The translations under genes were made by a program, and so were the position numbers. This document shows, one piece after another, positions 10,417 through 20,508 of a stretch of DNA of 64,000 bases (position 1 is the first letter of the stretch; the number at the start of each line of letters is the position of its first letter). Below the pieces are notes generated by a model. It did not search any database. It saw only the letters and a program-made list of their open reading frames with translations, and was not told the origin of the DNA. The stretch comes from an uncultured Desulfosarcina sp. (GTDB taxonomy: Bacteria > Desulfobacterota > Desulfobacteria > Desulfobacterales > Desulfosarcinaceae). The stretch is from positions 2,016,001 to 2,080,000 of the forward strand of contig CAXXWQ010000004.1 of NCBI GenBank assembly GCA_963674945.2, read 5' to 3'.

Positions 10417-13244
10417 TGATAACGCCAAGGACAATGGACAAAAAAATAGGTTCATGCCTGTGGGCATGGTTGATCGCCATGATGCTCTTTACCCCTTCCC
10501 CCATGCGGGCCGAGGATGATGTCAAGGTGAAAACCGGTGTCGAGGACGCGTCCGAGGCAAAGGTGGAAGTAAAGGCGATATCGGTGGTCATCGATGCCGC
10601 TTCCCATCTCCATGAAAAATACGCGGACATGGCACGCCGGATCATCCCCATTCAAGCCGGCATGCCCCTTACCCCAAAAACCATGGACGAAGCCATAAAA
10701 ACCCTCACACAAAGCCGTCGTTTTTCAAAAATTCATGTGGATTCTGTGTCTCACGCCGACGGAGAGGCGTTGATCTTCACCCTTACCCCCTTCCACTACG
10801 CCAAAGAAATTCGCATCCACAACTACTACCCTTTGTTCGAACGGGACATCTTGAACCAGATGACCATCTATCCGGGAGACCCTCTGGAAACCAAAAATTT
10901 TTCCGATCAGGCCGATGCCATCGTCGAACTTTATAAACGGGAGGGGTATGTCGATCCCAAGGTCACGATTCAGTCCCAGGAGGAACCGGACGGGGAGACT
11001 GCCGTAGTGGTGGTGGACATTGAAAAAGGGCACCACTACCGCCTCGGGACATTGACCTTTACGAAAAACCGGGGGATCGGACCGGGACGGCTAAAGCCAC
11101 GGATGCACATCTGGCGGGCGTCTCTGATGCCGTTTTTCGGCCGGTTCAGCGAATACCGGCTTGCACAAGACATGAAAAACCTGACCCAATACTACTGGCG
11201 TAAGGGATATTTCGACGCCCGACTCTCCTATCGGCTCTCCCCGCCCGACGAACATCACCGGGTTGATGTGAACATAGAAGTCGAAGAAAAGAGCCGCCAC
11301 CGGATCGCGTTTTCCGGAAACACACATTTTTGGAACCTGACCCTGAAAAAGGATGTGGTTCTCTTCACCGAAGGCAATCGCAATGGAACGGGAACGCGAA
11401 AAAGCATTCGAAACATGCGCCGGCGATATGAAAATGCCGGCTACCAAGACGTTCGGGTCCGTGTCGAGGCCGCCCATAGTCCTGATGCATCCACGGATCT
11501 CGACCTGTTGCGGTTCGTCATCAATGAGGGGCCGCGGACCATCGTCGACGCCGTTACCATTGCAGGGAACCAAAGCATCGAAGAGAAACGGATTGAAAAA
11601 GAGCTACTCACTCGTCCGCCATCACTTTTTCACAGTGGCGCCTTCGTTCCCGAGACACTGGATGAGGATCTCTACGCCGTTACTACCCTTTACATGAAAG
11701 AGGGATTTCGCGAACGGTCGGTGGAAGCCGATGTGGCAACCAGTGAGGACCGCACCCGTGCCTCGGTTTCAATTGTGATCGATGAAGGGCCCCGGACCAG
11801 GGTCCGATCCATCGAAATCGAAAGCCTGTCGGCAGTTCCGGAAGCGGCGGCAAGGGAGACATTGATCCACCAGGTCGGCGAACCGTTTCGCGAATCGGCA
11901 TTGAATGCGGAAAAAGAGGCAATCATCAGCCTGGTCTCCGAAGCAGGCTACCCCCATGCAAGGGTGGACAGTCGCGTCACATTCAGCGAAGATCAAACCC
12001 AGGCGGACATCGTTCATCGGGTGGATCCCGGCCCACAGGTGAAGCTGGGGCAAATTTTCATCGCCGGAAATCTGCGTACGGAAGAAAAGGTGATCCGCAG
12101 GGAACTGGACGTGACACCCGGTATGCCCCTTTCCCTTCGAACGCTTCACGATGGCCAGCGCCAGCTGCGGGACCTGTATATCTTTCACGGCGTACAGTAC
12201 CGCACCTTCGGCCTAAAGGAAAAAGACGAGACGGTCAACCTCTTCGTGGATGTGGAAGAGGAAAAACCCTACTACTTTCAGATCGGCGGCGGATACGAAT
12301 CGGACAGCGGCTTCTTCGGCCGGGCCAGGGTCGGGGATCGCAACATCTTCGGCCTGAACAAGGAGCTGTGGGCTGCCGGCGAGATCAGCGAGACAGGTTA
12401 CCGGGTGGAGACCCGCCTCAACGAACCAAGGTTTCTCGGCTATCGCATCGGGGCAAGTGTCGGGTTCTTCAACGAAGAGACCATCGAGTTCAACCAGCCC
12501 TTCGGTACCAGAACCACCGGCGGGGCCCTCTCCTTCTCCCGGGATTGGGGTGCCCATGTCACGACAGCATTGAGTTTCAGCCTGGAAAAACGGGACCAGT
12601 TTACCGTGGAGGACCGTCCAGCAGACCTGATGGAGGAGGATTCCCGGACCATATTCGTCACCACCCCATACGTTCGATATGACAGCCGTGACAGTTTTGT
12701 TCGTCCCACCAAGGGGTTGTTCTCCTCTCTCTCCGTGGACATCTCCAAAGGCATCGATAATGAAATAGACGATTTCGTGCGCTACCTGCTGGACATGCGC
12801 ATCTACCGATCGCCCCTTTCCCGCCTTACCTTCGCCGGGCTGGGAAGGATCGGACAGGTGCATCCCTATTCGAACGACGAACGGGTCCCCGATGACCAGC
12901 TCTTTTTTCTGGGTGGCATCCAGGACGTGCGGGGATACAAGGAAAATCTCTTGCGGTTCGACGAAAACGGGGATCCCGTGGGTGGAAAGACCGCCGTGGT
13001 GGGAAGTCTGGAAGCCCGCGTCGACCTGGGTCGAAACTGGGAACTGACCACCTTTTTTGACATCGGCAGCGTCCAGAACACCCAGGTTCCGGGTGGCTCG
13101 GACCGGTTCCGGTCGTCAGTGGGACTGGGACTGAGATACATCACCCCCGTGGGCCCCATGGGCCTTTTATACGGGTACAAGCTTGACCGGGAGGAAGGCG
13201 CATCGGCCGGACGGCTTCACCTCTCCATCGGGTACAGCTTTTAG
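10413..13244 (+). CDS. Omp85 (BamA/TamA) family outer-membrane protein
   Basis: POTRA repeats (Y..GY...V), barrel motifs YDSRD, FFLGG..DVRGY, GLGLRYITPVGP, C-terminal SIGYSF. Confidence 0.92.
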   Translation: MMITPRTMDKKIGSCLWAWLIAMMLFTPSPMRAEDDVKVKTGVEDASEAKVEVKAISVVIDAASHLHEKYADMARRIIPIQAGMPLTPKTMDEAIKTLTQSRRFSKIHVDSVSHADGEALIFTLTPFHYAKEIRIHNYYPLFERDILNQMTIYPGDPLETKNFSDQADAIVELYKREGYVDPKVTIQSQEEPDGETAVVVVDIEKGHHYRLGTLTFTKNRGIGPGRLKPRMHIWRASLMPFFGRFSEYRLAQDMKNLTQYYWRKGYFDARLSYRLSPPDEHHRVDVNIEVEEKSRHRIAFSGNTHFWNLTLKKDVVLFTEGNRNGTGTRKSIRNMRRRYENAGYQDVRVRVEAAHSPDASTDLDLLRFVINEGPRTIVDAVTIAGNQSIEEKRIEKELLTRPPSLFHSGAFVPETLDEDLYAVTTLYMKEGFRERSVEADVATSEDRTRASVSIVIDEGPRTRVRSIEIESLSAVPEAAARETLIHQVGEPFRESALNAEKEAIISLVSEAGYPHARVDSRVTFSEDQTQADIVHRVDPGPQVKLGQIFIAGNLRTEEKVIRRELDVTPGMPLSLRTLHDGQRQLRDLYIFHGVQYRTFGLKEKDETVNLFVDVEEEKPYYFQIGGGYESDSGFFGRARVGDRNIFGLNKELWAAGEISETGYRVETRLNEPRFLGYRIGASVGFFNEETIEFNQPFGTRTTGGALSFSRDWGAHVTTALSFSLEKRDQFTVEDRPADLMEEDSRTIFVTTPYVRYDSRDSFVRPTKGLFSSLSVDISKGIDNEIDDFVRYLLDMRIYRSPLSRLTFAGLGRIGQVHPYSNDERVPDDQLFFLGGIQDVRGYKENLLRFDENGDPVGGKTAVVGSLEARVDLGRNWELTTFFDIGSVQNTQVPGGSDRFRSSVGLGLRYITPVGPMGLLYGYKLDREEGASAGRLHLSIGYSF

Positions 13245-13260
13245 CTCGTAATTGATCGGT

Positions 13261-14286
13261 CTACCGCCAGCGAATCTTTTCCGGCTTATAAGCAAGGGTC
13301 ACGGGCCAGCCGCGATGAAGGGTCATCACCGACAGGTGGGACTCGGTCACCGGGACGGTGAGGACGAGGGAGCCGATACGCACATCGGCGAACAAATGAC
13401 CGCTCTTTTTATCGATGGTGAGGCAGGTGATCGTACCGTCGACCGTCACCACATTCGTGCCGTCGAGCGGCGCATCCCTGGAGAGGATTCGAATGGCGGA
13501 TGGGTCCAAGAATGCCGTGGCATCTTCAGCCGGCGGAGGAGAGACGGGAAAGTACCTGCCGTCTCCGGTGGTTTTGGCGAAACCGCCGTTGGGCAAAGAG
13601 ATCCATGGGCCGAAGATCATGTTCACTCGTCCGGCCCCCACGGGTTTTCCCTTGAACAGGTGGATTACGTCGTCACAAACATCGTAAAGCCACTGGTGAT
13701 CATGACTGGCAATGATCAATGTAGTCCCCCATTCGTCACGGGCCTTTATGGAGGCGGTGCGGATCAGTTCACTGGAAGCGGCATCCACGCTGGCGGTAGG
13801 TTCGTCCAGCAACAACACCCTGGGACGCAGTACAAGGCGAGCCGCCAGCGCCACCCGCTGTGCCTCTCCGCCGGACAACTCGTTCCACCTTCGAAGGGAA
13901 AAGATATGGGGATCGAGGCCGACCTCGGCCAGGGCATGGTTGATTAATGCGGCCCGATCTTCCTTTCCCCTTCTCACCTTCAGACCATAGGCGATGTTGT
14001 CGACCACAAAACGCTTCATCAGGTAGGGTTCCTGGGTTAACAGCGTCACCTGGAAGCGGACCGACGCATCGAAAGGGGCCGAAGGTACGCCGTCGAAAAT
14101 AATCCGTCCCTCGCTGGGCCGCCGGACAAACGCCATGAGTTGGAGAAGGGTGCTCTTGCCGCTTCCGTTGGGCCCCACCAATCCCAATATGGATGCCGGT
14201 TGGATGTCCAGATGGTCCACACACAGCACGGGTTGGTCATCGTACCGGTGAATGAGATTTTCGATTCGATAGATGGGGTGGGTCAA
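13261..14286 (-). CDS. tupC: Tungstate ABC transporter ATP-binding subunit
   Basis: GPNGSGKST, LSGGEAQRVALA, LLLDEPT. Downstream of tupAB. Confidence 0.82.
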   Translation of the reverse strand: MTHPIYRIENLIHRYDDQPVLCVDHLDIQPASILGLVGPNGSGKSTLLQLMAFVRRPSEGRIIFDGVPSAPFDASVRFQVTLLTQEPYLMKRFVVDNIAYGLKVRRGKEDRAALINHALAEVGLDPHIFSLRRWNELSGGEAQRVALAARLVLRPRVLLLDEPTASVDAASSELIRTASIKARDEWGTTLIIASHDHQWLYDVCDDVIHLFKGKPVGAGRVNMIFGPWISLPNGGFAKTTGDGRYFPVSPPPAEDATAFLDPSAIRILSRDAPLDGTNVVTVDGTITCLTIDKKSGHLFADVRIGSLVLTVPVTESHLSVMTLHRGWPVTLAYKPEKIRWR

Positions 14287-14332
14287 TAATAAAATCCAGT
14301 CAATTCATTAAGTTCCAGGCTATCATGATATG

Positions 14333-14456
14333 GCCGGCTTCGTAAGAGGTCCGAGATCAAGGCTTGCGATTCCCGAGGAGTGAGGTGTATCCATGATACT
14401 CCGCAAAGACGAGGGATGAAGCGTAACGCCGATATCGGGCTTCTTACGAGGCCGTC
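14333..14456. repeat. ~125-bp palindromic intergenic repeat (MITE/REP-like), copy 1
   Basis: Terminal arms CGGCTTCGTAAGAGGTCC / GGGCTTCTTACGAGGCCG. Core GAGATCAAGGCTTGCG...GCGTAACGCCGATATCGG shared with three other copies. Confidence 0.9.
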
Positions 14457-14459
14457 CTT

Positions 14460-15146
14460 TTACTTTCGCCGGAGAAACGATAAACACAGATTCACCCCAA
14501 AGGCAATGAGGAGCAGCACCACACCAAGCGCAATGCCGGTGGCGAACATGCCCTTGCCCGTTTCCAGTGCGATGGCGGTCGTGATGGTCCGGGTGTGCCA
14601 CTTGATGTTCCCCCCCACCATCATGGATATCCCCACCTCGGTCATCACCCGTCCATAAGCGGTCAGCCCTGCTGCCAGGACACCATAGCGTATCTCCCAC
14701 AAACTGCTGAAAAGCAGTTGACGTCGATTGGCACCCAGGGAAATCAACAGCGTACGCAGATGCCGATCCATTCCCTCCACGGCGGTGGCACTCAACGCTA
14801 CGACGATGGGCAAGGCCAAAATGGTCTGGCCGATGACGATACCCGGTATTGTGAACAAAAGTCCCACCTCTCCCAACGGTCCCCGGTTGGAGATGAAGGC
14901 GTACACCATCAGACCGATGAATACCGTGGGAAGGGCCAGTGCCGTATCCACCAGGATCCTCACATGATGTTTACCGGGGAAATCGAAATACCCGAGAAAA
15001 AACCCCGCCGGAATTCCCAGGGTCAGGCTGATGGCCATGGAACCGGAAGAAGCCTTGACCGTGGCAAAAACGGCGGACCAGGTGGGGCCGTCCCCTCCTA
15101 AAAGCAGGACGATCGCTTTTGCGAATCCGGAAAGGATAAAGTCCAT
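14460..15146 (-). CDS. tupB: Tungstate ABC transporter permease
   Basis: LPTVFIGL..Y...S.RGPLG...LLFT, GRVMTEVG..MMVGGNIKWHTRTITTAIALETGKG. Confidence 0.92.
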   Translation of the reverse strand: MDFILSGFAKAIVLLLGGDGPTWSAVFATVKASSGSMAISLTLGIPAGFFLGYFDFPGKHHVRILVDTALALPTVFIGLMVYAFISNRGPLGEVGLLFTIPGIVIGQTILALPIVVALSATAVEGMDRHLRTLLISLGANRRQLLFSSLWEIRYGVLAAGLTAYGRVMTEVGISMMVGGNIKWHTRTITTAIALETGKGMFATGIALGVVLLLIAFGVNLCLSFLRRK

Positions 15147-15167
15147 TGAACCCGATGGGAACGAAAA

Positions 15168-16004
15168 TCATTTGGCGTTGGGAACGAATAGCGGCTTACC
15201 CAAAAGCTTGAAGTCTCGGATCAACCCTTGGGCCTCCTCGCCTGCCATCCAATTGGAAAAGGCCGTTGCCAGGTCGAATTTGGCCTTTTTGCACCGCTCT
15301 GGATTGATGGCCATTACACTGTACTGGTTCAGCAGGATCTCGTCTCCCTCCACGAGGATGGTGAGCGGGGGGTTACCGCCCGACGTATCGGCGTATTTGA
15401 TAAATGTACCACGATCGGTCATGGTGTACCCGTTGCGCTCGGCGGCGATATTGATGGTGGCCAGCATCCCCTGACCGGTCTGCACGTACCAGGTCTCTTT
15501 TTCCGGCAGGTCCCCTCCTGCGGCCTTCCACAAGGAAATCTCCTTTTTATTGGTACCCGAGTTGTCTCCGCGACTGGCAAAGAGGGCGCCCTTTTTTCGG
15601 ATTGCATCCAGCGCTTCGATCACACCCTTTCCCTTGATCACGGCCGGATCACTGGCAGGGCCGATGATCACGAAATCATTGTACATGATCTGCCGTCGGT
15701 CTACACCATACCCCATTTCCACATAGGCTTTTTCGGCTGCGGGAGCATGGACCAAAAGCACATCCACGTCACAATTTTCTCCCATTTTCAAGGCCTTTCC
15801 CGTACCCACCGAGGTCCATTTGAGTTCAATCCCCGTGGCCCTGGTAAAATGGGGCGCCAGATAATCCAGCAGTCCGGTATTGTCCGTGCTGGTCGTCGTC
15901 GCCATCATCAGCACCTTTTGTCCGGCCATGGCCGGTAATCCGACGAACAGTACCAATGACGACACCACGGCACATACCGCCAACACCTCTATTTTTTTCT
16001 TCAT
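15168..16004 (-). CDS. tupA: Tungstate ABC transporter substrate-binding protein
   Basis: TupA signature MATTTSTDNTGLL, VGTGKAL, SRGDNSGT. Signal peptide from ATG 16004 (MKKKIEV). Confidence 0.93.
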   Translation of the reverse strand: MKKKIEVLAVCAVVSSLVLFVGLPAMAGQKVLMMATTTSTDNTGLLDYLAPHFTRATGIELKWTSVGTGKALKMGENCDVDVLLVHAPAAEKAYVEMGYGVDRRQIMYNDFVIIGPASDPAVIKGKGVIEALDAIRKKGALFASRGDNSGTNKKEISLWKAAGGDLPEKETWYVQTGQGMLATINIAAERNGYTMTDRGTFIKYADTSGGNPPLTILVEGDEILLNQYSVMAINPERCKKAKFDLATAFSNWMAGEEAQGLIRDFKLLGKPLFVPNAK

Positions 16005-16100
16005 CGCTTCACCTTGTCTTTGTCTCTCGTGGGATGCAGGCACCCTGTCTGTCGATACCGGTTCTACCGAAACAACAGGTCATCCCCTAAGGTTGGTCTA

Positions 16101-17030
16101 TCAGAAATGTGACTCCTCCTCCAATACCTGGGGAAACATCATCTTTCCGCTTTTGGAGATATCGTACCCTTCCAACTCTGTGGCCGCTTGGGCAAACTCC
16201 GGTTCGTGGAGCAGCCCCATGAAATACTGGACCTCCTGGTCAAAAAACCGTTCCCGGGTCACCAGAAGATCGTATCGTTCCTTCCGAATGGGAAGGAAAT
16301 CGAGTCCAAGCAGGGATGCAACCGGCCGAATCCCCGGCCCGGCATCTGCATGCCCTCCCAAGATCGCCAGGCCGACATCCATGTGGCGATTCACTTCACG
16401 GTCGTATCCTTCGATTCTTTCCCCTGCAACACCCGCTTTTCGGAGTTCCCGATCGAAGAGCAGCCGGGTACCGGTTTCCAGAGACCGGTTGACGATTCGA
16501 ACCCCGGGATTGCCAAGGTCCTTCACTTCACGGATCCCCGACGGATTCCCCTTTTTCAATAGAATCCCCTGATCCCGCATACAAAAGTTCACCACTACGG
16601 GCATCCGTTCGAAATGCCGCTGCAGAAAATCGAAATTGTACTCGTTTCCGTTCTCCTGAAGAAGGTGACTGGTTGCCATGTGGCAGAGGCTGCGCCGCAA
16701 GGCATGGATCCCGCCTACGGATCCCAGATTTCCAAAGACGGCGAGGTGCCCGGAATATCTTGCATTAAAAAGAGAAAGGACCTTATCCAGGAGAATATCG
16801 TTGCTGCCGGCCAGTACCAGCAAACCCTCATACTGCGGCAATACGTTGTGGTTCTGGGGATAGTTGATGGTATTGGACTCCACCCACTGCTCCACCAGGT
16901 GGCTGGGAAAAATCCATTTTCCGGTTATCTTGGAAGCGGGCAGTCCCTTTTCCGAAATCAACGTGTAAACCATTTTCTCGTTGATCCCGAGAAACTGTGC
17001 CACTTCCTTGGTAGAAAATAGCCGTGTCAT
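16101..17030 (-). CDS. Excisionase-like HTH + molybdate/tungstate-binding (PBP_like) regulator, TaoR-type
   Basis: STKEVAQFLGINEKMVY...LPASKITGKW (HTH_17), then AGSND, GSVGG, VNRSLETGTRLLFD, ERYDL. Directly upstream of tupA. Start ATG 17030 preferred. Confidence 0.85.
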   Translation of the reverse strand: MTRLFSTKEVAQFLGINEKMVYTLISEKGLPASKITGKWIFPSHLVEQWVESNTINYPQNHNVLPQYEGLLVLAGSNDILLDKVLSLFNARYSGHLAVFGNLGSVGGIHALRRSLCHMATSHLLQENGNEYNFDFLQRHFERMPVVVNFCMRDQGILLKKGNPSGIREVKDLGNPGVRIVNRSLETGTRLLFDRELRKAGVAGERIEGYDREVNRHMDVGLAILGGHADAGPGIRPVASLLGLDFLPIRKERYDLLVTRERFFDQEVQYFMGLLHEPEFAQAATELEGYDISKSGKMMFPQVLEEESHF

Positions 17031-17488
17031 CTTTTCCTGTTCACAAATGATAGATTGGAGTGCCCGTAACCCTATAAAAGTATTTTCCATGTTATGTAAT
17101 TTTCTGTCAATAACAACTATTTTCAATAGCAAAACAAGAAAATATAAACATAAACAAACGAAAGATGACAACAAAGAGGCAATGCACTGAAAACCTGACT
17201 TGCGAACCGATCCACTGCCGGCCATATACATCCTTTGTGTCGGAAAGAACAAGCCGATATCACATGCAATTGTTTCGCTTGTCGTCTTTGGTGAAACCTC
17301 TTGGACCAATTTGAACAACATCGTGTTTCAAACATTTACACAATGGTGGACTTGACGTATGCCACTTCGGCCGTATAAATAGTCAATAATCAGCCACTTG
17401 GTTTATTCCGTAGAAAATGAAATGTTTTTGCCATTAGACAGACAATCTTTCGTATATGCTTTGATCCCCGCGACTCTGGAGAGCTGGC

Positions 17489-18754
17489 GTGATACTCAAT
17501 GAAAAACAGAAAATGGACTCACTGCTTGTGACGGGAATTGAGATAAACCGGATCCACGACCTTGATATTCTGTTGGAGCGCCTTCTGACGCGTGCACGCC
17601 AATTCGTCAATGCCGACGCCGGTTCCATCTATATTCGCGAAGGAGATCAACTTCGGTTCGCCCATTCTCAAAATGCAACCCTGGAAAAAAAGCTCTCCCC
17701 CGGTGAAAAACTCATTTACACCAACGTCTCACTTCCCATCGATGAGAAAAGCATCGCCGGATATGCCGCCGCCACAAAAAAGATGCTTTGCATTCCAGAC
17801 GTGTACGCACTCCCATCCACCAAAAAGTATCGATTCAGCAAGGTATTCGACGAGACATCGGGCTATGTTTGTAAATCCATGCTCACCATCCCGCTGATAA
17901 GTTCCAAGAAGGATGTGTTGGGCATTTTGCAGATTATCAACGCCCAGGATGAGAAACAGCAGATTCGGGCCTTCACGTCATCCGATGAAAAGGTGATGCT
18001 CCACTTTGCCGGCATGGCAGCCGTCGCCCTGGAACGCGCCCAGATGACCCGGGCGATGATTTTGCGCATGATTCGCATGGCCGAAATGCGTGATCCGATG
18101 GAAACCGGTGCCCATGTCAACCGGGTGGCCGAGTTCTCCCTGACAATCTATGAACAATGGGCCCGGCGACGGGGGATCGACCGAAAAACCATCGACAAAA
18201 CCCGGGACGAACTTCGCATGGGAGCCATGCTCCACGACGTGGGAAAAGTGGCCATCTCCGACGAAATCTTAAAAAAACCGGAACAATTGAGCCCCCACGA
18301 GTTCGAGATCATGAAACTGCACACCGTTTACGGGGCGCAGCTGTTCTCCAATCTGCAGTCGGACTACGATGAAGTCGCCGCCGTTATCGCATTGAACCAC
18401 CATGAGCGGTGGGACGGAAACGGCTACCCCGGACACGTGGAATTGACAACGGGAAAATTGATGTGCCATGAAGATAAGAATCGCTCCCTGCCCGGAAAGA
18501 GGGGAAAAGAGATTCCCATTCTCGGCCGCATCGTCTCCATCGCCGATGTCTACGATGCGCTCTGTTCAAGAAGAAGCTACAAGGAGCCATGGGAGGAAAA
18601 CTGCAGCATCGACTTTGTTTGTCAGTGCAAGGGAACCCATTTCGATCCCGAGTTGGTCGAAATCTTTATAAAACAACTCCCCTTCATCCGGGCCATCCAG
18701 GAACGGTACGCGGACTCGAAGGACAAAGCCCATCCAGCACAGATGGCGTCATAG
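17489..18754 (+). CDS. GAF + HD-GYP c-di-GMP phosphodiesterase
   Basis: GAF (NADAGSIY...SMLTIPL), ETGAHVNRVA, LHDVGK, HHERWDGNGYP, IADVYDAL.S.RSYK. Confidence 0.92.
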   Translation: MILNEKQKMDSLLVTGIEINRIHDLDILLERLLTRARQFVNADAGSIYIREGDQLRFAHSQNATLEKKLSPGEKLIYTNVSLPIDEKSIAGYAAATKKMLCIPDVYALPSTKKYRFSKVFDETSGYVCKSMLTIPLISSKKDVLGILQIINAQDEKQQIRAFTSSDEKVMLHFAGMAAVALERAQMTRAMILRMIRMAEMRDPMETGAHVNRVAEFSLTIYEQWARRRGIDRKTIDKTRDELRMGAMLHDVGKVAISDEILKKPEQLSPHEFEIMKLHTVYGAQLFSNLQSDYDEVAAVIALNHHERWDGNGYPGHVELTTGKLMCHEDKNRSLPGKRGKEIPILGRIVSIADVYDALCSRRSYKEPWEENCSIDFVCQCKGTHFDPELVEIFIKQLPFIRAIQERYADSKDKAHPAQMAS

Positions 18755-18781
18755 GAAAACCATACGAAAAAAGAGAAAACG

Positions 18782-19408
18782 ATGAAATTAACGACGTCCA
18801 TCGTCTTGGAAGTCTTCTCCGACTACGTCTGACCCTGGTGCTACTTCAGTACCGGGCGTATTGAACGACTCAAATCTGCCTATCCCATTACCGTCAAATG
18901 GATCGCCTTTCCCCTCCATCCGGAAACCCCCGACGAAGGGCAATCCCTCGAGGAGTTGTTTGCCGGCCGGCCGGTAGACATTCCGGCCATGCTGTCGCGC
19001 CTGGAGAAAATCGCCCGGGAAGAAGGCCTGCCCTTTGGCCCGCGCACCATGACCTACAACAGCCGCCTGGCCCAGGAGCTGGGAAAGTGGGCCGAAGACC
19101 AGGGATGTGGTGATGTCTTTCACGAAGCCGTGTTTCTGGCCTATTTCCAACGTGGGGAAAACATCGGCCGCCACGACACCTTGCGTAACATCTGCTCGGC
19201 CGTGGGACTCGATCCGGCTGTGGGGCAAAATGTGCTGGAGCAGCGAAGTTACAGGAATTCAGTGGACCGGGATTGGGAGCGGTCCAGAGAAATAGGGATC
19301 ACTGCGGTGCCCACATTCGTTTTGGACGAAAAGCGCCTGGTGGGGGCCCAGCCCTACCATAAGCTGGAGAGGATGGTCGTCGATGTCATGGAAGAAAACA
19401 CACCGTAG
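18782..19408 (+). CDS. DsbA/FrnE-family oxidoreductase, probable selenoprotein (UPWC)
   Basis: ATG 18782 gives MKLTTSIVLEVFSDYV-TGA(18830-18832)-PWCYFSTGRIERL...FPLHPETP, in frame with track ORF 18956-19408 (YNSRLAQEL, AYF, GITAVPTF, GAQPY). Confidence 0.88.
18834..18856 (+). promoter_or_regulatory. Candidate SECIS hairpin
   Basis: CCUGGUGCU-acuuc-AGUACCGGG: 9-bp stem including two G-U pairs, immediately 3' of the UGA. Confidence 0.5.
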
Positions 19409-19988
19409 GGAAAAAGCCTGCCTGGCGGGCATATTGTGTTTATGGCTGATGCTCTTCACGCCCCAGTCGGGCCACGGAGGCCAGGAACCAATGGACGGTG
19501 CAGCCGCTCCTCTGAGAATATCGAAGCAAGCCATGGAAACGGATTGCATCGCCTTCGCGCCGGAATCCGCTTCGGTCGTCAAAAAAAAGGGACACTGGGA
19601 GGTCGTCGATGGCGAAACGCGTATCTTCGACGCCGGTCGAGATCAGGCCACGGCCCATCAGGTCGTAGCGGTGATCCACCACTACCGCATGAATCGCCAA
19701 TGTTTCATCGGATGGCCGGACCGCTATTTTTCCTATCTGCTGGCCAGAGGCGGCGCCCCATCGGGTCCCATGGACAATGAGAAGTGCATTGCATTCGACC
19801 CGGAACGGTTAACCCTGGCGAAAAAAAACGAGCGCTGGGCGATCTTTTCCGGACGTAAGCGGTTGTTTCTCTTCGGTCGGCAGGAGGCCCATGCCCAAAA
19901 GGCGGTAGCCGTCATTCACCGCCATGGATTCGAACACGTCTGTCGCGCAGGCCAAGGTAAATTCGTTTTCAATTACCTTCGTCGATAG
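19383..19988 (+). CDS. Secreted protein with two ~65-aa Cys-containing repeats
   Basis: Signal-like N-terminus. Repeats DCIAFAPE..W...VIHHY..QCFIG..FSYL and KCIAFDPE..W...VIHRH..VCRAG..FNYL. Confidence 0.7.
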   Translation: MSWKKTHRREKACLAGILCLWLMLFTPQSGHGGQEPMDGAAAPLRISKQAMETDCIAFAPESASVVKKKGHWEVVDGETRIFDAGRDQATAHQVVAVIHHYRMNRQCFIGWPDRYFSYLLARGGAPSGPMDNEKCIAFDPERLTLAKKNERWAIFSGRKRLFLFGRQEAHAQKAVAVIHRHGFEHVCRAGQGKFVFNYLRR

Positions 19989-20508
19989 TGTCCAATGTCC
20001 GAAAGGCGCCGATGACCTGGTTGACGATCTCGGCAGGGAATCCCCGACCGGCCAGATAGCGCCGGGCCTTCTGAAGGCGCTTTTGGGGATCTGTCTCGCG
20101 GCGCCATGCCAGAGCTCTTTTCTTTTCGAGCATCTGCTGCGCACATTGTACCTGATCATGATCATCCCCACAGCAGGCCATGGCCCTTTGGATCTGCCGT
20201 TCATCCACTCCTTTTTGCGACAGGGTGTGCTGGATACGAATTGCCCCATACCCCTTGCCGACCATTTGGCGGGCCATGATTTCGGCAGTTCTCGCATCGT
20301 TCAGATATCCCAGCTCCTTACAGCGCGCCAGGGTTTCGGCAATGGCCTTGCGGCCGAACCCCTTTTGGCAAAGTTTGGCGAAGAGTTCCTTCTCAGTGTG
20401 GTCCCGGCGGGTCAGGATGCGCAGGGCGCAGGCCATGGCAGCGGACGGACCGTTTCCGGTCTTGCCATCGGTTGGAGCGGTTCGTTTCAAGGCAGGTCCG
20501 GATGTCAA
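19969..20508 (-). CDS. recX: Regulatory protein RecX
   Basis: ALRILTRRDHTEKEL..KL..KGF, GYLND, GYGAIRI...L.QKG, RYLAGRGF. Confidence 0.9.
   Translation of the reverse strand: MTSGPALKRTAPTDGKTGNGPSAAMACALRILTRRDHTEKELFAKLCQKGFGRKAIAETLARCKELGYLNDARTAEIMARQMVGKGYGAIRIQHTLSQKGVDERQIQRAMACCGDDHDQVQCAQQMLEKKRALAWRRETDPQKRLQKARRYLAGRGFPAEIVNQVIGAFRTLDTIDEGN

Noticed and set aside
14380..14658. Short ORFs containing MKRNADIGL (also 22137-22484 and 23143-23376)
   Set aside because: Translations of the palindromic repeat element, not genes.
17031..17321. N-terminal extension of the tup regulator ORF
   Set aside because: It runs through AT-rich promoter-like DNA. The HTH domain begins at MTRLFSTKEVA.
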